Positions 26,573 through 38,276 of a stretch of 64,000 nucleotides of DNA are shown one piece after another (position 1 is the first letter of the stretch; the number at the start of each line of letters is the position of its first letter). The position numbers and the translations under genes are program-made. The DNA is from Paragordius varius (taxonomy: Eukaryota; Animalia; Nematomorpha), in assembly GCA_964247055.1 (NCBI GenBank), contig OZ176057.1:1116001-1180000 (forward strand), in the 5' to 3' direction. Below the pieces are notes generated by a model. That model was given only the letters and a program-made list of their open reading frames with translations. It was not told the DNA's origin and did not search any database.

Positions 26573-29500
26573 ATGACGGTCTCTAAAAAAGTAAAATTCT
26601 TTAAATCCTAATTTTTTTATCCTTCTTGTTAAAACTTTGTTTTTTAGGAAAATATTTTGCGAACCCTCAAACTAAACGGACATGTCGGGTTTGACACATT
26701 GCCTGAACAATTGGTATCAAAGAGTATTCGGCAAGGATTTATATTCAACATTTTATGCATAGGTTACATATTATTTTAATTTTTTTATATAATATTTTAT
26801 TTAAAAAATTTGTTTGACTAAGGCTTATTATTGTTTTCAATTTTTACTTTAATTTAAAACTTCCTTTATTTTGTGTATCATCATCGCCAAATATATTTTT
26901 TTGGTTATTTAATTTTTGTTGATATCCAAATAGTATTTCTTTCTTAATTTAGTTTTATATTAATTATTTGCTTAAAAGTACCAGGATAACTATTTTCTGT
27001 AAAATTTTTTCAAAAAAAATTTACGCCCTTATTTGTGCTTTATATATTTTCATCATTACCTGTTAATTATTGTTTTATTGAAACACAAAATGATGAGATA
27101 ACATAATTTAATAAATAATCGGTAATTAGATTATTTTAAAAATTAAAGTGTGGTTTTTGCAGTGCACACCAGGAAGTCAAATGGAATTTTTAATTTTTGC
27201 TTTTTTTTATCATTTAAATGATAAAGGAAAAAAACGGTTAATGGAAATATTATAATTAAAATTATGCTTATTCAATCTTGATTTATCACTTAAAGAAGAA
27301 GGATTTTTATAAATTTAAAGCATTTTTCCTATGAGAATTTGATGCTAAATATATTTGATAGGATTCACTGAATTACTGTAAACCTAATATTAGAACCATA
27401 TTTTAGATTGATGTCTCTAAATCAAGGGGATTTAACTCTCCCAGATATTTCTGAGACCCACGAGAAGTTTTAATTACAAAATTTTATGAAATCTAAGAAA
27501 CAATTGATTTTTATTAAACTTACTTTCGAATTACTGTATGAATATGTATATATTGCTAGAAAGTTATTAATTATTGACAAATGCAGCAAAGTGAATTATT
27601 ATTGGTTAATAAAATAGTAAATGAAAAAATTAACTATAAGCTAATAATACTGCCCCCTTTGTGCTGTATATATGTGCTATTTGACAATAATTTATAAATA
27701 TCTATCAATGTTTACTTACTCATACTGTTATGACCTTACCAAATCAATCATAAAAATGTTAACATAATCTGGAGGAATTTTTTATAAACACAGTTTTTTG
27801 TTTAAAAATGAATAAAATATTTTTTAATTGTTTCTTATTTGAGAATAGTCGGATTTTTTTGACCCGACACCCCTACTTAAAATGATTACTTTAAATAAAA
27901 CTTTTTTTATACAAACATATATTAATATGTGCATACATTAAAATTTCTACTTCTTTTTAGCCCTTAAATATTTTTTGTGAATGTTCACAAAATATATTAA
28001 TATAAGTTAATTATGTGTAATATTTATATAAATGTGCTTTCTTTATCTCATATTTACCATTTATTATGTTATTATGTCATTAACAATTCAAATTCACCCT
28101 CCTAAAATTATATTGTGTTGCGGGCAGCTAATATAACTCATTATTAATATGAAATATATTTTTACGACATAGTTATTATTTTTCCAGCATTATATTAATT
28201 TTAAACAGAATTTTATATTTAAAAAAATTAAAAAATTCTTAAAAAATTCTTAAAAAATACAAAATTTATGGGTGAATTTAAATTGTAAATGGTAGGGAAC
28301 CTAATATTTTAATTAGTGTGTATTGTTGGTAAAAATGACAAAATGTTTTATATAACAATTTTACATTTGTTTTGGTTATCTATTTATGAACAAAATTTTT
28401 TTTTAACAATACGTTACTGTTTTCAATTAAAATTGTCTCTAAAACTGTCGCTATTTTTAATTTTTGAAAAAATATGTACAACTTTTTTTTTCATTAAACA
28501 TTATTTTAGAGGCATAGCTAATGGGTATTAGGGGGGGGGGCATAGTTAAAGGGGTGCCGGATTTTTAATTTTTTTTTATTTTATTTAGAAAAAAATAAAT
28601 ATCTTAAAGTTAATATACCATTTACCATTCAAACTCACCCTTAAACACTTCCACCCTCAATTGAAATATATGTTTTTTAGGATTTGAAATTACCTATATT
28701 TATATATTTTTAAATATTAAAAATTTGTTTTAAATTAAAATAATACTAAAAATATAATAAACTATGCTGCCTTATAAAGATATATTTCATTGAATTAATA
28801 ATGAGTTATATTTGTTCGAAAACACATAATTTATTTATGGGGTGAATTCAAATATCAATTATTCCAGGGTGAATTTGAATTGTTTAAGGATGAATTTGAA
28901 TTAATGGTTTCTATATAAAAAATCTAGACTTATAATATGAAAGTTAAGGGCGAGCGAGCGCTTTAAAATTTTTTGATATTTTATAATTACTCATATGAAT
29001 TATTTTAAATACTTTTTTTACAAAACTGTTTCCTAATTTTTTATTTTTCGAGTTATTCATTATAAATATTCCTTTAAATTCAACGTTTTTACTCAATATT
29101 CTCAATTGTAATTTAAAAAACGCGTCTTTTTTTTCTTCAAAAGAATATACTTAAGGTATAATTAAAAAACATAACTATATATATATATATATATGTATAT
29201 ATAACCTTTACCGGTTTTTTCACCTCTTTTATTTTTTTATAATTAATTAATTAACTTGATTGCATTAATGTCACACATATTTATATAGTGTAAAACTGTG
29301 TGACAGTTAATACATTTAAAGTTTTTTTTTCATATGTAAAATAAAATCACATATAAAATAGATCGTGTATGACAATTTTTTATCATTATAATAGAGTTGG
29401 AGAAATTAAATGTAGCAATCACCCCTTTTATATAATTATATAATTTAAAAGATTCATTTTTACTATTATTATTTGTAATCTATTGGAGCGGATACTTGAT

Positions 29501-32500
29501 TGTTTTTTTGTTTTAGAGCTAAAAAAATATTTTTACTAAAGTTTTTATTTTCACATAAATATATATGATTTACTATTTATCAAACATTACTGTAACGAGA
29601 TCTATTATGTGTTTGGTCATTTTGGTTTAAACTTTATTATGTTTTTGGTTAGAGCGATTTAAGATTTGATATCTTAAAAGTCTTTAGGGTATTGAGCCGA
29701 ATTTAAAAATATGCTTTCTTTAGCCTTTTAGGCGCATTATACAAAAAAAATTTTTTTTAATAAAAATGCAAAATTAGAACAAATTCTGATATCAAACTTT
29801 TTTGCCGTCACATTCTTTTGCTAGAAATTGGTTTAAATGGCTTTGCACCAAGCAATCAAATGTATAATTATCTTTAAATAGCTTTCATGCTGCATTTTAC
29901 CAGCATTGATATATATTCAATTTAATATCAGCTGTACGTTGGAATCTTGTTTTATAGGTGTCCCAATTTTAGACTCTAGAAGTCACAAAACTGTAAAAAA
30001 TATAAGTTTTTTTATCTATTAGATGAAAACATTGTGTGATAATTAAATCTTAACTAAAATAACTTTTAAAACTTCAAGTTTTTTACAAAATTGAGCTCTG
30101 AGATATACAATACCCCAAAAGGTACATCAGGACAAAAAATGCAAAGGTAATGAAGTGTTGAAATGGATAAAACGGTATTTAATTTACATATCGGTGGCCA
30201 TGTATCCAATTTTTACATTTTTGTTAGTTACAGTAAAATTATTGCTAATATGTTTATTCATTGCAAGCCACCACTGAATTTTTTCAATACATTTATTTCA
30301 ATTGAATAAGTAACTATAATATATATGAAAAATCATACATACCCAACAGACATGGAAATAAATTACTCTTTTAGTAGCCATTTTAAAAACAGCAAAGCTC
30401 TCTCGTCACCTGATGCATAATTTTATGGACAGACGATTTTTTTAACAGATGATTAAAAGTTTTTTTTTACCTTATATACTAGCCAAAAATTACATTATGA
30501 GTTATACATTGCTAAAAAGTTATAAATTATTGCCAAATAGCAAAAATATCAAAGGGTAGTTTTATTGGTTTATAGTTTTTTTTACTCTTTGTTATTATTA
30601 ACCAATATTACTGCCCTTTGTTTTCTTTACTATTTGGCAATAATAAATAACTTTCTAGCAATGAATACTTATTCATACTGTAATTGTTTAATAACGGAAA
30701 AAGTAGAAGCTTTCATTATTATCTTTATATATACCGTTTTGAGTTTTTTGACATTTGTCTATCAATAACCAATTAGGTTAAAAACTTGTTAAACCCAAAT
30801 TATACATACAAAACGTAACTACTAAAAGACAAATATCTTTTTTGAAACGACAACCATACTTTTTTAAGACTTAATTTTTAGTTAAAAAAATAGATAATTA
30901 ATTCTGTTACATATTTACACATCCTTTTTCGATTTTACAATTTAAAACAATTATATCTATTTAAAAAATTCTGTTTTAAAAAAGGTATGTTTATTTATTC
31001 AAAGTATGTTTGTCTTAACATTATTATTATTTTCTTTGTATAATTACAGTAAGAGCATTGTATTTTTCTTCACAATAAAAATAAATGTAACTAACAAAAA
31101 AATGAAAAATTTTATACATGGCAACTGACTTGTAAATTGATTAAATACCCTTTTATCCATTTGTAATACAGATGCTTTTAATAATTCTCGTTACTATAAT
31201 GATATAAGTTGTTAGTTAAATTTAAAGGATCAAGTTCAAAAAAGGTTTAATTTTTTGTCTTCTCAAGAAATGTTTGTCTTTATGTTTTTACTACATATTG
31301 CCTGTGTAATTTTATTCATATTTTTGATTTTTTTTTCATATTACTGTCATGTATCCTTTATTTTATCAAAAATTTATTTTCCGTTAAATGGGTATTAATA
31401 CCATTTACAATTCAAATTCACCCTTAAACAATTCAAATTCACCCTCGAATTCAAATTCACATTTAAAAAAATTATATGTATTTTAAGATTAAAAAATACC
31501 TATAATTTAATATGTTTTTAAAAAATAAAATTTTATTTTAAATTAAATACTGAAAAAATAATAAACTATGCCATAAAGATATATTTTATATTAATAATGA
31601 GTTATATTAGTTCGAAAACACATAATTTATTTTTAGGGTGAATTTGAATTGTTCAAGGGTGAATATGGTAAAGAGCATGGAAAAAACAAGAGCTCTATGG
31701 TAATTCTTATAATACATTTTTGATGAATATGATATATTGTTAATACCATCATAGAGCTCTTGTTTTTTCCATGTTCTTTACCAAATATTTTTACCCAACC
31801 ATTTAACGAAAAAGATGAAATAAATTTTGGTATAAAATAAACGATACATAATCTGAATACTAAACAGGTGAAACCGGGCTTGGAAAATCTACGCTTATGG
31901 ATTCTCTGTTTAATACTTCGTTTGATTCACTTCCCAGTGCTCATACGTTGCCTCAGGTCACACTCCAAGCCAAAACTTATGAACTACGTGAGGGAAATGT
32001 TAATCTTAAACTCACTATCGTTGATACGGTTGGGTATGGCGATCAAATTAATAAGGAGGACAGGTTAATTTGTTAGTTAGTTTTTTTTACGTAAAAAAAG
32101 TTTTTTAAAGTTTTTTTTTCGTAAAAATTTTTTTACGCTCAAAATGGGTTTTTTATATAAGATTTACAGTAAAAACTGAAATTATACGGACAAACCTTAA
32201 TGATATAAAAATAAAAGTTTTTTTTTCAAAAGACAAATTTACTTTTAAACCTACTCTCAAAAATGTAATTTTTTATATTATAAGATTTACAGTAGGAATT
32301 GAAAGTATACGGACAAAACGTAATGATATTAAAACAAAAGTTTTTTCTCAAATGACAATACTATACTTTTTAAACCCTGATTTATATAGTGGGAATATGG
32401 TACCATCTTAAAAACTTTGCAGTTTAAAACAATCAGTTATATTATTTAAAAATATCAAGATTTAAATGTATGGTTCTTTTAGAATAAAATATTTATCTTT

Positions 32501-35500
32501 ATATTATTACGTTTTGTCCGTATATAATTTAAATTTTACTATATGTATATATAAATAAATATATATTTTAGTTAAATTTTTTATATTTTCAATACATCAA
32601 AAGTTTAAAAATAGCTATTATACATTTATATTTTTAAAAAGTTGAAATTATATTAAGGTATACATTGCCAGTTTTTCATTAAATATTGAGGCTAGATAGA
32701 ATATATATATATATATTGGCTCAAGGTTATATTTTTTGCTTTTTAGCCCCTATTAACCAATAATATTTATTTTAAACAAAAAACTGTAAAAGATTTTTTT
32801 ATTAAATAATTAATTTTTTGGACCACACATTAATATATATTTAAAGTATTTTAACAAACGCTCATATATGTAACTATTTTTTTTTACATTTGAAAAATTA
32901 TTTGAAACAAAAGTTTTTTGTTTTTCAATGCAGTTTTTTCATAAATATATACTTTGAACAAAATTTTTTATATCTAGGAAAAAATTAAAATATCAAAACT
33001 TTCCAATACATTGTTTAACGCTCCAATCATTTATAAATTAATGTGTATGTATAAAAAAGCGATTTTAAATTTTCAATATTGTTTTGCTGGAAACCTTTTA
33101 TACAATACATATAAATGGCCAATCTAATTGTATTTTTGTTTTCTTTAATTATTCTAAACTTCATAAAAAGTGATTTAGAATTATTTTAATGCGTTCTTTA
33201 TTTTCCAAGTTTTTTTGGATTTTTGAGGCTTTTAAATTTATATATATATATATATATAAGCGTATATCTTTAAATTTATAAATTAAATTTGCAGTTTAAT
33301 TTTTCTGTCTCTTTTTTTTAAAATAAATTCAAGAAATGTTATTAAAAATTATTTTAGTGAATTCTTTTTTTCAAGTATTTTTAGATTTTTGAGGCTTATA
33401 TATATATATAATATATATAGTATCTATAAATTTATAAATTATATTTGCAATTTTATTTTTTAATATTCAAAAAAAGTTTATAAAATTATTTAAGTTAGCT
33501 TTTTTTTCAAGTATATTTTGATTTTGAGGCTTAAGAATATTTATATATATATATATTTATAAGTATATATCTTTAATTTTATAAATTAAATTTGCAGTTT
33601 AATTTTTCTGTCCTTTTTTAAATTCAAAAAAAATTATTAAAATTTATTTTAGTTAGCCATTTTTTTCAAATATTTTTCGATTTTTTAGGCTTAAAAATAT
33701 ATTTTTATATATTTATAATATATATATATATATATTTAAATTTATAAATTTTATTTTATATAGTTGGAAACCAATCATACAATACATTGATGACCAATTT
33801 GAATGTTACCTGCAAGAGGAATTGAAAATTAAACGCCATCTCCATAATTATCATGATTCACGAATTCATTGTTGCCTATATTTCATATCACCGACTGGAC
33901 ATTCGTAAATTTTTTATTTTGATTTTTCAAAAAAAAAATATATTAAGAAATTTAATTGATTTATTAAAAAATTTTAATTTTGCAATTTTATTTAAGTTTT
34001 TTTCTAAATTCAGAGATTAGTGATTAATTTTTATATAGGTTTTTTGACATGTAAAATATTGCATTGGAGCGTGAAATCTATTAAATAGTGTGGTTGACAA
34101 AATAACAAGAAGTTTTTTGATCAAAAAAATTATCTTTTAAACCAAAAAAAATTCATATAAATAAATACGATTTAATGATATATTACCCGAAATTATTATA
34201 CCTTTTACAGTTCAAATTCACCTTTGAACAATTTAAATCGACCCTAAAGTAAATTTAATGTTTTTTAAGATTAAAATTTACCTATATTTTTCCATATATT
34301 TTTAATTAAATTTTGTATCTTGAATTTTAATATTTCAAAAATAATAAACTATGCCATAAAGATTATTTTATATTAATAGTGAGTTTATTAGTTCGAAAAC
34401 GCATAATTTGCACTTAGAATGAATTTGATTTGTTCGAGGGGGAATTTGAATTGTTCAAGGGTCAATTTGAATTGTACAAGGGCGAATTTGAATTGTTTTA
34501 GGGTGAATTTGTATTGTTCAAGGGTGAATTTGAATAGTTTAAGGGTTTTGAACTGTTTAAGGGTGAATTTGAATTGTACAAGGGTAATTGAATTTTTCAA
34601 AACTGTAAATGATATAATAACCGAAATTATTCTTTTTTCCATAAAAAATTTATTTGTGAATTTTCTTTTACCTTTTTTTATATTGCATTGCAGGCTTAAA
34701 GCCCTTGACCTTAAAGTTATGCGTAAATTGGATACCAAAGTTAACATTGTACCTATCATATCGAAGGCAGATACTATCAGTAAGGCAGAATTGTCACGTT
34801 TTAAAATACGAATAATGCGTGAACTCAAAAGCGCTGGTATCCGTATATACGATTTTCCTTTGTCGAATTTTACGGGTACTCCAGCTATAACGGACCATAC
34901 AAGTCCTGGAGAAATTAATGGTAATTTTTAGATTTTTTGAAAGGTTTTTGAAGTAAAAAGTTTGAAAAAATAGCTAGTTTTATTAGTAATCCATTTGGTT
35001 TTCAGTTTTACTAATTATAATAGAGTAATATTCAATCAAGAGGAAAGGTTTATCTTAAAAAGTCTTTGAGGCAGTTTTTAAATTTTTGAAAAGACTTTGT
35101 TTTTGAAAGTTATGAAAAATGCATCTGTATTTATAATTTTCCTTTGTCGAATTTTGCGGGTACTCCAGCTATAACGGATAATACAAGTCCAAGAGAAATT
35201 AATGGTAATTTTTTTTAGATTTTTTTAGACGTTTAAGGTTTTTGAACTAAGATAAAAAGTTTGAAAAATAGCTACTTTCATTAGTAATTTATTTGGTTTT
35301 CAGTTTTTCTAATTGTAATAGAGTTATATTCAATCAAGTAGAAAAAGTTTATCTTAAAAAGTTTTTTAGGCAGTTTTTTAATTTTTGATGGAGAGTTTGT
35401 TTTTAAAAGTTGTAAGAAAGTACATCCGTATTTATGATTTTCCTTTGTCAAATTTTACGGGTGCTCCAGCTATAACGGATTATACAAGTCCAGGAGAAAT

Positions 35501-38245
35501 TAATGGTGTTTTATACTTTTTAACAAAAAAATATGGAAGTTTAAGGTTTTTTAAGTAAAATAAAAAGTATGAAAAAATAGCTAGTTTTATTAGTAATTTA
35601 TTAGGTTTTTATTTTATCTAGTTATAATAGAGTAATATTTAATCTAGTAGGAAAAGTTTATCTTAAAAAGTCTTTTAGGCAGTTTTTGAAATTTTCCTTT
35701 ATCGAATTTTACGGATACTCCAGCTATAACGGATATTACAAGTCCTGGAAATTAATGGTAATTTTTATTAGATTTTTTTCAGACTTTTAAGGTTTTTGAA
35801 GTAAAAAATATAGAAGTTTAAGAAAATATCTAGTTGTATTAATAATTCATTAGGTTTTCAGTTTATTTAATTGTAATTATAAAAAATTTATTAGGCAGTT
35901 TTTAGGAGTGTTTTTAAAAGTTGTAAGAAAGTACATCCGTATTTATGATTTTCCTTGTCTAATTTTGTGGGTAAGTTAGCTCTAACGGATAATACGAGTC
36001 CTGGAGAAATTAATGGTAAATTTACTTTTTTTTAGATTTTTTTCAGATTTTAAGGTTTTTAAAGTAAAATTAAACGGTAGAAAAAATAGCTAGTTTTATT
36101 AGTAATTTATTTGGTTTTCAGTTAATCTAGTAATAAAGTTATATTTAATCAAGTAGAAAATGTTTATAAATGTCTTTTAGGCAGTTTTTTAAATTTTTGA
36201 AGGGGAGTTTGTTTTTAAAAGTTGTAAGAAAGTACATCCGTATTTATGATTTTCCTTTGTCTAATTTTACGGTTACTCCAGCTATAACGGATAATAGGAG
36301 TCCAGGTGAAATTAATGGTAAACTTACTTTTTTTAGAAAAGATTTTTTTAGAAGTTTAAGGTTTTTGTAGTAAAATACATTAGTTATTTATTAAGTTAGT
36401 TAAGTAATAGAGCAATTTTCAATCAAGGAAAAATTTATCTTAAAAAGTCTTTGAAGCAGTTTTTGAAATTTTCCTTTATCGAATTTTACGGGTACTCCAG
36501 CTATAACGGATAATACAACTCCAGGTGAAATTAATGGTAATTTTTTTTTAATTTTTTTTAGAAGTTTAAGCCTTTTGATAACAACAAGTGTTTTAAAGTT
36601 TAATAAATTATAATTTATATAAAAATAAAATTAAAAAAAAATACTTGTAAAAATTGAAAAACAAAAACGATTTAGTAGAACCTTTTTTAAGTTTTTTTTA
36701 CGGGTGAGAAAAAACAGTTCCGGAATGTTTTTCAGAAATTATTTTAAGCGCTATAAGGACCATCTAATGGATTATCGGTCAAAAGCAACATTTTTCACGC
36801 AAAAAGAGTTAAAAATGTTGCATTTGCTTAAAAAATCTAGTTTTTACTTAATAAAGTTGCGTTTGCTTGAAAAAATGTTGCATATGTTTGAATAAAATGT
36901 AGTTTTTGCTTGAAAAAATGTTGCATATGTTTGAATAAAATGTAGTTTTTGCTTCAAATAATATTGCAACTCTTCGAAATAATGTTGCGTTTGTTTGAAA
37001 TAATGTTCCTTTTGACTGAAAAATGGTATATTATATGCAAATTTTTTTTTACAAAAATAGATTTTAGTTAATTACAAAAATGTTAGGTTTTGTAAGTTTA
37101 GCAAGTTTTATTATATTTATTATACAAGTGAGATTGGTTAATTTTTATATTTTTTTTTATGTGATTGATATAAAGTTTAAGAAAGATGTCACTTTTGTTT
37201 GAATGAAATTGGTAGTTTTTCTAAAAAGTTTCAAAACGTGTTAGTTTTAAAAAAATTTTTTGTTAAATTAAATAGTTTTATAAATTTATTATAAAATTTG
37301 ACCAAAGAATATGTAATATTGTTTAATAATATTTCAATTAGAATTTTTGTATATATATATATATATATATAAATATAAAAATTTATAGGTATTATAAATT
37401 ATTTAATTAATATCTTTTAAAATTTTATAAATTTAAATATTCATTATTAAATATATATTATGTGAAGCTTATATCGTTTTTTAACATGAAATATTATTTT
37501 CGGTTAAATAAATTTTAAACCTAACTGATTAGTAATATTTTTTGGTTAAATAATTTAAAAAAAAATATAAAATTCTCAAAAGAATTATTTTTATATTTTT
37601 CTTATTTATATTATTTTAGGTATTTCGGAGAATGGCACTTTAAATGGATATCATGATGTTGATAAAAATGGTATTTTTTGCCTTGTGAATATATTATGTA
37701 TATTTATTCTGTTATAATGAATGGTATTTTAAAAAGTTATATATATATAAACCTTATATTTATATTTTTTAAAAGATTTTGAAATTTTTATTAAAGTCAT
37801 TTTAAATTTTTTTGAGAAAAAAAAACGGATTTTAACATGAATTAATAAGGTTTTTATAAACTAAACTGAGAAATATATTTATCATATTCATAAAACTAAT
37901 TTACTTATTAACTTTTACATTATTTGGTTTAATGTCTTAATGTGAAATATTAAAAATTAATTAAAAATGCAGGGGGTTTTTAATATAAATAACCTTAAAA
38001 TATATATGGACATTTTCATATGAAATGCATTTTATATGATTTCCAACATAAACCTTTTGTAAAATGCTAACAAATACTATATATGGTAGCAATTTTTTTC
38101 TAGTTTAATTCAAAAGAAATTTGTTTTGAAGAAAATGGTATTAATAATTTTATTAGCGTTTTATTTTGTAAACATTATTTTATTATAATTTATGCATTTT
38201 TAAATTATTTACGGGCCGCTTTTAAAGTCTCAAAGGGTAGCCAGT

Positions 38246-38276
<31 letters not shown>

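Noticed and set aside
28505-28960. G-rich tract and gcgagcgagcg motif as a regulatory G-quadruplex
   Set aside because: It resembles the decayed end of a hAT-type MITE (gaggcatagcta..) interrupted by family C, and has too few G-runs to support a claim.
31868-32068. Track ORF MKPGLENL..
   Set aside because: Wrong frame of the septin P-loop exon.
34388-34931. 170-aa plus and 146-aa minus ORFs as stand-alone genes
   Set aside because: The plus ORF is a chimera of a family C arm and septin exon 5; the minus ORF is its antisense.
36170-36370. 66-aa ORF containing [12 protein letters not shown]
   Set aside because: An array copy of the exon-5 end, not an independent gene.
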